A stretch of DNA of 60,094 nucleotides, filler included, from Hausera hauseri (lineage: Eukaryota), in the NCBI GenBank assembly GCA_046269625.1. It is 11 parts of 11 records of this genome, joined end to end, with 100 filler letters (N's around TTAATTAATTAA, not from the genome) between each part and the next. Parts side by side here need not be neighbours in the genome. Positions count along the whole stretch, not along the records: positions 37,259 to 41,609 come from JBJURY010622110.1; positions 41,710 to 45,908 come from JBJURY010705438.1; positions 46,009 to 50,231 come from JBJURY010691660.1; positions 50,332 to 54,842 come from JBJURY010547675.1; 7 more parts are not named here. One strand, given 5' to 3'. This document shows positions 37,800-50,728 of this stretch, piece after piece; positions within the stretch are counted from its first letter, which is position 1, and each line of letters begins with the position of its first letter. Both the position numbers and the translations under genes were made by a program. Under the pieces are notes generated by a model. The model did no database searches. It was not told the DNA's origin and saw nothing but the letters and a program-made list of their open reading frames with translations.

Positions 37800-39757
37800 T
37801 GTAGTGCCCACAGCGGCCGGCGCCCTCTGGTCCATCTGGTTGGACACGGCCGAGCCTCCTTCGCCGCCGTGTTGGGCTCCTAATTAGTTCTATTTTCCTC
37901 CTCGAAAGAGCATCCATAATACCAAGGCCTCAGGCAAGTGTTTCATTTTTCTCTGAAAGACAGACCTCTTTAAAATGTTTTCGAAATGGCAAAAGTCCAA
38001 TCCTTTCAAACGTGAATTATCAATAAGATTATTCCATTATCAAGACCGCTTCTCATCATTTAATCAGTTCTGTTCAATCACAGACTTTCAAAACTTTATA
38101 GTAAAGTAGCGCGTTTGATAAAACGCAACGATTGTCAAACAATTCTTGATCACATTCACACTGTCTTTTTAAACTGTGAATATACTATGATAGCATGGAT
38201 TCGTTGGTTTCTGAAAGTGTGATAACATTGTAAGAAAATGGAAAGAATTGTTTACAGCATATTCGGAAAACACCCTCAAATTATCGGAAATTTGATGATG
38301 AAACCGGTTACAAAACAAAAAAACATTCTGTGTTTTCCCACAAAGATCAAAAACGAAAATGGTGTTGAAGTAGCTCCACTCTGTAATAAATCAACGGTCC
38401 CTATTTTACCATACGTGATTAGGATTTAACACAAGTTCTTTTTTGGGGATTTCTGTGGCACGAGCATAATGCATTCTCTCACGTACCAAAATATTCAAAA
38501 TGCTCAACATCGAAACAAGCTAGCAAGTGAATTGATGCTATACCACATGCAGATTAACAAAAAACATGCTAAGTTGTTAATGTCTTGTACTATTTCTGAC
38601 TTAAGATCAGTCAAAGAGGACATAAAGTAATTGTCTTATCCTCCACGCGAAATCAGTGAAATTGATTTAACCCTGGTCATCTTGGGAATGTTTGACAGTT
38701 TGGGATATATTTCAAAATGGCAAATACCCAGATCAATGTTAGCGCATTTTATTTCAGTGGTAAAGAAAGGCCATCGCGATCCGCCCTATCACAATTGGAC
38801 TCATGCATTTAATTTTGCTCATCTTGTACACCAATGATAAATCTCATTTATAGCACCGTCAGCGAATGATGAACCGAAGAATCGTGTGCCGTAATGTCCG
38901 GCGTTCCGAAACACCAACATCTATGGAAAGACAACGATCAGTTCAAACGACCAAAGGTGTTACCGGCACCGACGTACAGCGTACTGCTGACAGATTGGGT
39001 TGGTAATCGGATGAGTTACCCGTTGTTGTTTTTGGATTCTCCGGACACACCATATTCAAAAAATTACGTTCCGATCGCTCCAAAAAAATTATGACTCGAT
39101 TATTTCGACATTGGTGCAGAGGCCCATGTGAACATGTTTTACTAACACTTACTTTTTTGTCACATAATTTGATTTGATTGACCAAGAGGAGCTGGAAAAT
39201 TTGCAAAATATGATGAAAGACATTTGTCACATCCTGAAATAGTATTATTTCCAACAACCAAAAGAATCAACCCCCGAAAAATTGTTTCTGTATCAATTTT
39301 TTTACTGCATAGAATTCTCGAATTTTGTACTCATTTTATACAAGTTTTCTTTCTATAGTTAGCTATTTTTTGTTCTGGTTTTTGACAAATAATCTAATGT
39401 GTGACTTTCATTGCGTTTTGAACTTTGTGCTCATGTGTTTTCAATTGTTGTTCCAACAATATTCATTGTATCGATTTTTATATTTTATTATCGCATGTTG
39501 AATAAGACGTGATTGCTTTATTTGAATAAAACAGAATTTTTGTGCTTAAAATAAATCTAAAAATTTCTCTCAGCGACATTTTGAATCGAGCTTATTCATA
39601 CTACTTAAATATTCTGTTTTTGTCCATATTCAATAAAGAGCATCAATTTGTAATTTTGAGCATTTTGTGAATTTAAGCATTTGGATCGTTTAATCGTGTC
39701 TGAAGTCTCAACTTATCAAAAAAAGATCCTATTGGCGGGATAAAAAACTAGACAACA
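37800..39757. mobile_element. 1958-bp TG...CA-bounded solo-LTR-like insertion with a 5-bp target duplication
   Basis: Starts TGTAGTG and ends GACAACA. Flanked by ATGTT (37795-37799) and GTGTT (39758-39762). Removing it restores PolB ..LGNIERNIDVIPNSEEKY. Confidence 0.75.
38310..38835 (+). pseudogene. PDE2: Fragment of a PDE2-like cGMP-stimulated phosphodiesterase (end of GAF-B to start of catalytic domain), no evident introns
   Basis: NILCFP..KNEN..VAPLCNK; FCGTSIMHSLTYQNIQNAQHRNKLASELMLYHM; VKKGHRDPPYHNWTHAF. Compare PDE2A [32 protein letters not shown] and VKKGYRDPPYHNWMHAF. In-frame TAA at ~38628 plus frameshifts. Confidence 0.88.
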
Positions 39758-41609
39758 GTGTTCCTCTCAATATTACCCAGTTCCAGAACAATGAAGTGGG
39801 AATCATAACCACTGAGATTGTGGAACACTACAGGCACGTATGTACATGTTTTGCAACTCAGATTGCAGTTGTTGCATGCTGCACCTCGATATTTGCCTGT
39901 AAAATGGCAGTGATCCCTGACTTTATAATTATCCTTGGTGAAGGACTTGTCGCACAAGTAACATGTTGTTGCCTTGCGCCATTCATCTTCTTGCTGCTTC
40001 GACATGCTCATTGTATCCTTATGCTGCTGAAGCATGTTTTCAAGCCTATGAGTCATGTCTTCTAATCTCTTTATAAAATGTGCTGCTGCGTCTGGCCCTC
40101 TGAATAGAAATGGTTTATAGTCCAGTCCTTTTCATACATACAATATGATGAGAGTTCATGATATTGGTATGCTGTTGTGCTGCTATGTTGGAGATTATAA
40201 CTGCTGCTGTGAACTGGGCTGAGGGTAGTCTCAAAATCACAATAGACAACAATCGGCACCTTCTGCATCTTTTCGAACTTCTTGAATTCCAGGTAATCCT
40301 CCTTGAGAGTACTGCTCGGATGGAATAGTTCGTATTACAGTAGGTCGTGTGCTCCACCAGCTTTTCTGCGGCTATGTTTCCATTATAATGGATAAAGCAT
40401 CTCTCACATATTTCCAGCCTTCATTTATGCTTGGATATTTGGGATCCTACGAGGCGCTCAAAATTACTGATCAGACGAAATGCCTCTTTTCTCCATCATC
40501 TAGCAGGAGTAGATCCCTATGATCATCCAATTCCTCATTGCACACATATAAGGGATAAAATTTGTCCTCCTCCAATCCGAAGATGTTGATACAGATGTTG
40601 TTCACGCTTTCAAATTTCACGACTTCATCTAGGTTCGGCGGGAATGAAATACAACTGAAGTCGTATGTGTGCTACACTTTGTAATATATCCAAACTCGGG
40701 AAGCATTATGTTGACCCTGGACTAGTTTTGATAAAATGGCATACATGAAACACATGTTGTCATTATTATGGACATTGATCCACGCCTTTTCCTTAACTAT
40801 CCATTCAGGAAGCGGTATGTAGGAGCTGCCTCTCATGGGAGAATACTTGTGCACATGCACAGGTATCCCCTTTATTGTTGATAAATTCCAACCAATTCTT
40901 GTCCTGGCTTTCTTCGGCTTCGCGGATAAGCCTTGAATAGTCCTCAGTAATGAAATCCTTAATGTTAAAGGATTTCAATAGTGGCCTGTTCTTTGTCTTG
41001 AAGGCTCTATCAGACAGCTCTCCTTTGACATTGGTGAAGGTGGCTTCCAATTTGAATTTCACCTTAAGGGCCTTCAGCTCAAACAAGTTGTCCTGGAGAA
41101 TTCCTCCTGCTTCCTCCTTTGAATATTGCAGGAATTCATGGAGCTATGTCTGCCCCACTGCTGCTATGAAGTATCGCCGCACTTTGCTCTTCAGTGCAGC
41201 TGCATCAACTGGGCGCTGTCTTTGGCTTTTTGATGGAGCATCTGCTGCTACTTTTGATAGGCGTTTTTGTCCTGTATCAGGCCTTGCTGCCAAAGCAGAC
41301 TGTGCTGCCAAAGAAGGATGCTGCTCATTAAATATGACCTTCTTTCTCTTTTAATTAAAGTCTGTCAAATGGAAAATATTATCTTTGAAAAACTGCATGT
41401 GTTCGCCATCACATAGAGCCTCACATCCAGGACAAATATAATAGAGGACTCTATTGAATTTGTATCCATAATAGCTCCTCATGGCATTGTGGCAATTCTG
41501 AGGGTTGTGTATTGCACATATGCAATACACATATGAACTGCACCTTTGGTTTCCTTTGGCACGAAAGTCGTTATTTGCATATTGGTACTGAATATTTGTT
41601 ATTTCGACT
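39758..41609 (-). mobile_element. pPolB family B, N-terminal part with Cys/His domain
   Basis: YYICPGCE, LKALKVKFKLEATF, RGSSYIPLPEWI, DNMCFMYAIL, YCDFET, RDHCHFTGKYRGAACNNCNL, FHNLSGYD. Confidence 0.92.
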
Positions 41610-41847
41610 NNNNNNNNNNNNNNNNNNNNNNNNNNNNNNNNNNNNNNNNNNNNTTAATTAATTAANNNNNNNNNNNNNNNNNNNNNNNNNNNNNNNNNNN
41701 NNNNNNNNNTGGTAATTTATTTTCATCAAATCTGCTCTTATTTCGCATAAAATTTAATTCCTTTGATTTTGTCCGTAACAGGACATTTGAATCACTCATT
41801 GTGAATTTGTAATTTCTAATTTCCATAAAAAATTGATTCATATTTAT

Positions 41848-42755
41848 TTATATACAATTACACCATACATATATATTCCAATACATTTGAACCGGTGTAC
41901 ATGACACAATGCATCTCTGGGTGTCAACACACTGGTATTCATTTGTTGGGTCCACACATTGTCCGAAATAGAAACTGTAAAAATCAGTAGTCACATTTGT
42001 ACTGGTGCTTTCAATGATGGTGTCGTTAACTGTAGGGTAGTAAAACCCTCCAAGCATATAGAATCTTAAAAATACATAATTCTGCGTGAAATAGATGGGA
42101 TATTCGGTTCCAGGAAAATGGTTTGCATTACATAAGGTTTTTACACTGCCATCCGCTGGACTTATCAACTAAAAATAACCTTATTTCATAAAAATCGATT
42201 ATTGATTTTGAATTGAACAGTTACATAACGTTTAAAATATTTCTAGAGTATACTTTTATTTCCTTTTTCAATTCATTAAAGTATTGTATCAAAATTATAT
42301 CACAGATATCGAAAACGCACCTGCATACATCCCGTAATGCAATTTGACCCACAGGCAGCTGCTATGGCATTGGCAGCAGCAGGAAAATAAGTTTGTGTCA
42401 AGTTAAAATTATATCTAGTCCCGGTATTCGTATCAAATTGCCAAAATCGAAAAAATAAACCAAAGTAACGTTGATAAGCAAAATTTCCTTGGGGTGTCCC
42501 CATGAGTACAATCAGGCAATTTATAATGTGGGTATTATTCATCAATCCAGATCCCCTAAGTGACCAGAATAAAGTACCTCCAGACAATTGAGAAAAATTA
42601 AGGTTGTTGTTTTGAATACAACTGTCGTAGACATACCCTGAATGTTATATTAGGGCAATGAAACCTGAACGGAATACGTTATTCAACGTACCCACTTGGG
42701 GATTAACGGCAATGAGACCATCTAGTGCGAGTAGAAAGAAGATAACTGCAAACAT
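41848..42755 (-). CDS. Multi-exon secreted or membrane protein, CUB-like domain followed by the start of an LDLa-like repeat
   Basis: ATG at 42755 gives signal peptide MFAVIFFLLALDGLIA. GT..AG introns after exon 1 and after GCMQ. CUB-like C...F.F.QFD...C..LC....V.LRF, then CVDPTNEYQCVDTQRCI. The 3' end is not resolved. Confidence 0.55.
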
Positions 42756-43994
42756 TCAATCTAATGCAATGCTGTTTACACTTGTAATGATATTGCTCTT
42801 CACTCTGCTGTTATGAAGAAGAATGCACTATTATTGCAGCATCGTTTGATGATTAACGGTGGTTTCGTTTTACCGTCAATTTTATACTTGTTCTACTTAC
42901 ACTAAAATTAATTTCTTCCATTAATCTGTGGTTACCTTCAGAATTTTTTAGACTACACGCATAAGAAATAATACAAATTTTTTGCCAATTTTCTACTAAC
43001 GTTCGATTTATTATAAAATATTTGTTGAACATCAATCAAAATTTATTTGCTATGATGAGAAAATATGGACTTCTAAATGTTACGTTACTTCGCACTTCTT
43101 CAATTTCCTCCCAAAACATACAAAATTTCGTTCCAATTTTCAATATAAATTTTACTGAAACCGAATTTCCAGTTTGTCGTTCGTGTTATGTAAAAGTAAA
43201 ATGTATTCGTCTAACTAACAGCTACATCAATAATATTTCTTCCTTCTATATAAATTTTAACTTCACAGATGAATGATGACATTTTATGAGTCAAATAATA
43301 CACGGATATTTATTAGGTCGAATACGAAACACGACGGTAGTATCATTAAATAGTTAGGTTGTCGCAAAATTTCCAGCATTAATTTGTTTTTAAGCGATGC
43401 TTTAAATCGATGCGCATATTTTTCCCAACGGAGAGTATATGTAACTGTTATAGTAGTTTTCATTGGCGAAATCAAAAATTATTTCGGAGGAATATTCGTT
43501 TTTGTAATGAAATAAGTTTTAGTTCTTTTCAAAAATTTTTTGGTAGCTGAGATGGGAGAACGAGGTCATCCCTTCAAAAGGCCATTGTATGGAGTACGAA
43601 AGTCAATAAAAATAGTCGATAAACAATATTAAAACAATAAAGTCTCTTTACTGAAATAAATGCAAAAAATGCATCAAACGATCACAATATGAACATTCAT
43701 CACACACGCACACATCCGATTTGATAAAAATTGAATAAGACATCTGAATAAATGCTCGTAGGATTATGTCATGTTCCATAAATTGCATTCCTATGACATT
43801 CGAGTAATGAAAACATCAACGAGCTAAACGAGAAATTAAAGATTTTTAAATGCGAACCAATTTATAAAACTAATTATTCAATTAAAAGCGTTATTAAATT
43901 AATTATTTTCTCCAATTAATTATCTAATTTAATTAACAATTTTATTCATTTATTACTGAAATTAATTAACAACAAATGTTACCATTAAAATATA

Positions 43995-45431
43995 TCACAA
44001 GGATGATATTCGAATATCCGTTGATGGACCAATAAAAAATTGACAAATCTGGAAAAGCGAAATAAAATCTTCGGGAGTCAATAAAACAAAATTATTCGAC
44101 TCATTACGATGAATAGACGAACATGGATGACCGTAAAACTAAACAATCAATTCGAACAAAACTCCAATAAAATACCGGCCAAAAAACGCAGGAGCACGAT
44201 TTACATTTGGCTAATTTCACTGGGAAATAATGTCTGTCACCAAAACGTCTTAACAGTTGAGTATAAATGAATTTCCAATTACAATCGTCGACACTCGTCA
44301 TTTCTTTACGAGGTAAAACTGCACCGAGCTGCTCAGTAGAAAAATGGTAAGCAACTAAATGTTTCCATAGCAACTCGTCATTGACTAGATTCTGAAGTGT
44401 AAAAAATGTCTGACTAGCCATTTTCAAATCATGTGGACATGTCAAATGGCGAAGTATTTTGAATAAACATTAGGATTGCAAATCATCCAAAGGACGGTTT
44501 TCGGAAGACTGAAGAATACATTTTGAAATAATTTTATGAATCACCATTCGAACTAATAGAAAATAATTAAATTTAATAAATTCATACCGTCGGAAATTCC
44601 ACATTTTCCAACAACTGCTGCATTTCCGCAACGGTATCTAAATGGCCGCGCCACAACTGAAAACTCCCGACATGATTATATTTATTCCGTTCCAAACTAT
44701 CTTGCAAATCCCGCAGCAATTTTCTCATATGATCCGTGTTATTCTTCGTCACCATCACTAATCCAACAATCATTTAAAATTTGAATTGCCAACCAAACCT
44801 TGTCGAAGAATTTCGTTCAATAAATCAATGATGTAAAGCTGAGTTCGTCCGGTCAACGACAACAATTTATCAATGACCATTATTTCAATAACTCGGTAAA
44901 TATATGCAAACCGTCGAATATCTCTAATGGCAACTTTGAAATCCAATGCGAATAATGCTTCACTGAAACTCGTTATGACTTTGCACTGAAATGAAAATAT
45001 GCCGATAAAATAATTCATTTAAACAAAACACAAACAAGCATGGCGGGATGTGCATCCCACGATTTAGACAAAACACACCATTTTCGTCCTGCAACACAAA
45101 ATATTTTATTTCCTACCGCTTTTGTCGGTAACGTCTTGATAAAAACATGCGGCTGATAAAACCCTCCATCAGCTAATTCATGAAAACAATCATAGCTATT
45201 CTTTCTGTCATTTGAATCTGATTGGAATTCATTTATAGAATTTCGAAAAGCAATATTAAAAATCAACCAATTCGTTTATAATTAATTTCGAAAAACAAAC
45301 CGTTTAACAAAATTCTCGTTTAACATTTCAAAAATTCTCAAACGACACAACTTCTTCTGTTCCCAATGACCATTTTCTGTTTTGACGTATTCAAATCCAG
45401 GATCACGCCAATCTTTACTTAAAAAAGGCAT
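43995..45431 (-). CDS. FBXO25/32: F-box protein of the FBXO25/FBXO32 (atrogin-1) family, multi-exon, with an in-frame TAA in the F-box
   Basis: MPFLSKDWRDPG (family MPFLGQDWRSPG), SEALFALDF..AIRDIRRFAYI, LW.HL..YHF, C..CSCVFW, a 37-nt intron, then GHPC...LTPEDFISLF (family LSPQDFINLF). TAA at 44472-44470. Confidence 0.9.
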
Positions 45432-46008
45432 TGTCGTTTCACTTAATGCTGTCAATTAAATCGAAAATGGGAAATGAAAAATTCCATTCTACCACCAAAT
45501 TTATAACAGTTGTGCATGTTTTGTAAAAGGTTTCACAGAAAATCGAAACCAATTATATGATGACAATTTGTGTACTTTATAAAACATTGCTTAATAATTA
45601 TGTAATATATAGACTAATTTTAAAATGTTTATTTAGCTAATTTAATTTTAAAAAATTGATACTTATGTTTACGTATTAATTTGTATTTCCGAAATTGTAT
45701 TAAATAATCTAGAAGGGTGGAAAGTCTGTAAAACATTTTGATCAAGAATTAGCTGTTTAAAGAATTATATATTTCGTCTCTTTATTTTGACACAACAAAT
45801 TGTTAAAGTTCACAGAAATCTTCATCAGAAGCTGCTGATTTTCTTCATATAAAATAGTTCTTTAATTTAATATATTAGAATAATTCCTTTATAAAGTGTT
45901 ATCTAATTNNNNNNNNNNNNNNNNNNNNNNNNNNNNNNNNNNNNNNNNNNNNTTAATTAATTAANNNNNNNNNNNNNNNNNNNNNNNNNNNNNNNNNNNN
46001 NNNNNNNN

Positions 46009-46693
46009 TTTCTGAAACACAATCACAAAAGATGAGACACCTCTGAGCTGTTATATATCAGAAACTAAACGTGAATCTGCTGAATGGAAGATTCCAGGAG
46101 TGAAACCATCACTGAAAATGAGAACTGGCACATCTCACAAGAAATGCATGATGCTAGCAATCTTTTGGGACATGAAAGACTTTCTTAAAGTGGATTTTGC
46201 TGCATCAGATATCAAATTCATCTCTGATTATTATTTGCACCCGATAAAGGAAGCAAGAAGAAAGCGACGGAAAAGAGGAAAGAATGAATTATGGATATTG
46301 CATGACAATGCTCCAATCCACACATCCCATCTGACAACAGCGACAATTGATTCATGTGGATTATCACTGGTAGCTTACCACCATAGAGTCCTGACCTCAC
46401 CCCTAGTGATTTTCACTTTTTCCGACAAATGAAGAAAAATTTGCGAGAAAAATTCTTCGATTGTGCTAGTGATCTGCACCATTATGTCACAGATTCTTTG
46501 ACTTCATACCCAAAAACCCTCTATGAAAAGGACTTTTTGGACTTGGTGTCATGATGGCGAAAATGCGTGGACGTTGGTGCAGCTTATATTGAGAAATAAA
46601 CCTAGACTGGTTGCTCGTTTGGTGTTGAAAGTTTGAATAAAATTGGTTGTTAATTTCTTGTCGAGTCTAAATACTTAATGGGCGCACCACGTA
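46009..46693 (+). mobile_element. Mariner transposon, 3' part with right TIR and TA target site
   Basis: ITKDET, MLAIFWD, LHDNAPIH, SPDLTPSDFHFF, W.KCV...G.YIEK*. TIR ...ATACTTAATGGGCGCACCACG followed by TA at 46692-46693. Confidence 0.92.
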
Positions 46694-48030
46694 TGTTACA
46701 TGGGCATGTCAAAGTCAGCAAAACGATAGCTCTTTTAAATCAAAAATTCTACTGGCCGGGTATATCTTTTCATGTTAGAATACAAATAGGAAAATGTAAA
46801 GAGTGCCAAGTGCGTAACAATCAACATGCAGACAAAAATATGGCACATGGTGTGGTGTTTCTTTTGGCCCAGTTAAAGAATTTGTATATATTTGTATATT
46901 CTCGAAAAGTTTTGTTTTAAGACAAAAAGTTTTTGTGGCAACTTCGAGGTGAATAAACACTTTCAGTTTGACCATTTAATTGTTCTTTAATTTCGAACTC
47001 TGTGAAAATTTTCTAAATCAGCGGTTATCATTATCAACATTTTTGGATATGGGATTTATAGCAAATAATGGATTTTATGAGTATTTGCACAATATGTTGT
47101 CGAAAATTAATCAAATGTCTTCGTTTATGTGATTGCAAATCTCTGAAAGATTTCCAAAATTTCGATAAGACCTCAGTGTCAAATATCGAACTTTCGTGTC
47201 GAACAGAACTAAATTTTTCTTCAGGTACAAGCGACTGCAATTCATGGATGATTATTTTGCTGACCATCCGGGTCAATTTCAACTAAAATCAGATTTAACA
47301 GATCGGCTAATTCAAATGGCTCAACAATTTCAGTCGTTCAAGGATCTACACTCGATGGTGAGTGAATGGAAAATACCGGATAATCGTGAAACAACACATG
47401 GATCCTTAAATGCTGAGTATCCCTTTGACCTCTTCCAGAAGGCAGAAATGGATGTAGATACATTTTGGGATTCATAGATAACTTTTCAAAATACCCAAAA
47501 AACGATATGCAAATCCATATTCAACAAGTAGATTTCGCAATCTGGAATCCCTGGCAGGATACATTCAGATAGGAGTACTTCGTTCGAGAACGAGATACTA
47601 CATGGATTATATGCACTCCTCGAAATAAGAAAATCCAGGACCTCACCATAATATCCCCAGGGATACGGGGTGATTGAGACATTATTATGCACGGTGAAAA
47701 ATATGCTTTACGTAACAGATAAGTCATCCAACTGTGTGCGGGAAAAAGCAATTCCCATTATTGAATTCGGACTGAGAAATACTGGATCCTCACCATTCGA
47801 GCTGATATTTGGTCGAAAGACGAAATTCGTTTATTCGGAAAAGAAAGTCATTCCAGTAAAAGGGGGAAATCATCGCCTCTATGTAACAGATCTGCAAAAA
47901 ATATTACAAGTACTTAGCCAACAGATAAAGGCTAAGCATGAACTGAGAAAGCCGATTACTACAGGTAACGGCGTCAAGCTGACCATTGGTGATATGATAC
48001 TGGCTAGAATATTACCCTGAATCAAAGGTA
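46694..48030 (+). mobile_element. Degenerate Gypsy-type integrase interrupted by a solo LTR
   Basis: HHCC region LHGH..KT...FYWPG...C..CQ. After the insert: YPFD, YILGFIDNFSKY, GIPGRIHSD, KSRTSP.YPQG, TGSSPFELIFGR. Confidence 0.85.
46851..47396. mobile_element. 546-bp solo-LTR-like insertion with a perfect 5-bp TSD (CATGG)
   Basis: CATGG at 46846-46850, then TGTGGTG...AAACAACA, then CATGG at 47397-47401. Confidence 0.82.
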
Positions 48031-49329
48031 TGGTTTCATAGCCTGATCAAAGCGGCAATCCTGAAGAAAATTAGACGGCGAACAATGGTGAAAATTGCCC
48101 GATATTTTGGGGTGCTTGAACTCACCCCTGATAGTTCGGAGTTCATCCACCCAGGTTTTAACATTATAATATTTGTCGGGAATTTATAGCGATTGACATC
48201 CAACTTTTCTTCTTGTTTCGATACAATTCCCGAACCAACCATCAAATGAAAACGAGATTAAACGCAATTCCAAATGTATTTTTTTAAAAATTTACAAAAT
48301 AGAACTCTGATTGTGAAAGTGAAACTAAACAACATAATCAATTTCAATATATATGTTTTTTGCTTATTATTTTTACACTTGGAATATTTAAAGAATAAAT
48401 AATTTTGTACAATAAAAGGTTGGGCGATTTCGTCGCTTTTCCGCCAACCTCCTGGCAACTGTTTTATAAAATAATGACTCAATTTTGACTGGTTGTTCAA
48501 CGAATGACAGAATCTGTCGATGGCAATTTTCAGACAAATTCGGTTTCGTTATTTGATAAATTGAATTTTCGAAAATTGACCGAAATCAAAAGTGCAAATG
48601 CCAAGAGTTAAATTTTATTTTGTCCCATATTTGTAGCAAGATATCGAAGTGCCAGAGTTTCTTGTAATGGACATCATCGAGTGATATCATGAGTGATTGA
48701 AATCCATCATTTCCTAATTTTGGAATATGTTATATTTGCAGATTTAGCGAATGTTTCCTGATGAAAATAATAAAAATTGTTTGACAAAATCGATAGAATT
48801 TCAGATAAATCAATCGTTTGAATTGACGAATCTAACAAAGTAGAGAGTGTATCGGTGTGATTCATTTGTTCTGTGCGATAAAATTCGTGTAAATTTGGAT
48901 AAAATCTTTTAACTTAATCTAATTGCCAATGTCAAAAGAAATTATGCATATTTCTTAAGTGGTCATTACAGAATTTAAATGCTGTGATTATTCAGCTCGC
49001 TTTGGAGTTTGACAGTTGTAACGTGGCTATTTTGACAGACTTTTCATATGTTAGAACTGTTATCGAGGTCAAAAGCAATGGATCATTTCTGTAAAATTGC
49101 CCGTGAGGTAAATTACGTATTATGGCCAACGAGTAGACGAAATGGATTTTCTGAAAACAACCTGGCTAAGTTAGAGTAGATCCGAATAAAGTGTAATATT
49201 TTCGTTGAATAAATCTGTTGTGGATCCGTTAAATCCGAATGAAATTAAAATATGACCCTCGATGGACTAAACTTTTATTTTGTCTGTTAATCTAGGATTC
49301 AAAGGTATTGACAAATATCTTTGACTAAA

Positions 49330-49430
49330 AATCTATTTTGAATGTTTGGACGATGTTCTTTAAGGTATAGACAAAATGCTGTAACGAATGTTGGGAGAAC
49401 TGGTGGCTTTGCTGGGTTTGATTTTCGGGT
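49330..49430 (-). pseudogene. Possible N-terminal fragment of an HMG box
   Basis: PAKPPVLPTFVTAFCLYLKEHRPNI resembles the HMG-box start (PKRP.tAF.lf..e.Rp.i), but the continuation is not convincing. Confidence 0.3.
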
Positions 49431-49691
49431 GTTTGATTGAACGGTTGGAACGACAGTTTCGATGTTGTAAATTTGGTTATGATTGGGGATAATTAATCCA
49501 TTGTTCAAATTTGTCAAAAGAAGGAGGTTGTATTTCCATTGCTCATCATGCGATTATAGCAGCAAAATCCGTATAATACCATCCAACGGCAAAACCCTCC
49601 ATTGCCAGCAGCACAATCGGGACGAAAACAATGCATGCAGCCGTGCTCGGCCAAAGTGGGCCAGGGAGCCGCAAAACGTAAATATATATTG

Positions 49692-50231
49692 AGTAGTATA
49701 AAATTGTCGGTTCTGGCACAGACCCCTCCCAATATAAATTACGTAACTTCCAGTCTGAAATTGCGCAACTTTCGGTGTAAATTTGCGTCACTTACGGTGT
49801 AAATTTGCGTCACTTCCGGTGAAATTGGCGCAATTTTACGTAATTTTCACCGGACGTTGGGCAATTACTGAGCAGAAAATGACGCAAAGATACGCAGCAG
49901 CCGTGTCCTCATATGCTCTAAATTGAAAAATTGTGAAANNNNNNNNNNAAAATCCCGTAAAGACACCGAGAAATTGATCTGAAAGAAAAGGTGGTTTTTG
50001 GGGAATTGCGTCGGACTGAAGAAATATATCGCAATTTTTTCATCACGGTTGACCTTGGCACAACAGCGCGGTTCGAATGATATAAGGATTGTAGGGATAA
50101 CCTTTCTGGATAGCCCTTAAAAGGATATGCCGGTTCTGACACAGTTCCGGTTTCTTGGTGAAAATGGTCGGAAATTCAATATCTCAGCCCGTAGGGGTCG
50201 TACGGAGTTCCTTTTGGTGTCATTCGATTCG
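49692..50231 (+). repeat. Candidate Polinton/Maverick terminal inverted repeat
   Basis: Starts with AGTAGT (Polinton-type end). Contains a 22-bp-period repeat CGGTGTAAATTTGCGTCACTT at 49773 and 49795, a degenerate third copy at 49817, and TTCCGG motifs. The partner TIR is not in the contig. A 10-N gap lies at 49939-49948. Confidence 0.45.
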
Positions 50232-50331
50232 NNNNNNNNNNNNNNNNNNNNNNNNNNNNNNNNNNNNNNNNNNNNTTAATTAATTAANNNNNNNNNNNNN
50301 NNNNNNNNNNNNNNNNNNNNNNNNNNNNNNN

Positions 50332-50728
50332 TAAACGACAGAAGGTTCGGTTGCGTGTTGGTCATATCTGTTAAAGGTTCTCGAACGTCTTTCGGCGCAG
50401 ACGTTAGGTGTTTGATGGCAGATAAAACATCACTTTGCAAGGCGACGAGTTGCTCAAACTCTTCATATGTAAGGGAGATCCCAGTGTTTGTTGGAAATTT
50501 TTTTTAGTTTCCCCCAAAGTATCTTCTAACATGTATCAACACTCTGTTTCGATACGAGGAAACTGTAACTAGCTTCGCCGGACCTATCGGTTTTGCCAAG
50601 GCCGAGTCACCAGTCATGTAAACGTCATTGGCAATTTGTGTAAACATTTTGAAAAAACAGACCCTCTGGGTGTGTGCAACTCGATTATATACCATTATAA
50701 CCGGTTTACGCCGGATGTGTGACGTCAT
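50332..50728 (-). CDS. PC4-like ssDNA-binding protein of the Maverick (one in-frame stop)
   Basis: KLVTVSSYRNRVLIHVRRYF...*..FPTNTGISLTYEEFEQL matches the PC4 signature V.V..f.g...i.iR.y....P.kkGIsL..e.w..L. Confidence 0.8.

Noticed and set aside
38628-44472. TAA reassignment suggested by in-frame TAA in PDE2 and FBXO
   Set aside because: The two stops align to different residues, the PDE2 fragment is also frameshifted, and TAA terminates genes elsewhere in the window.
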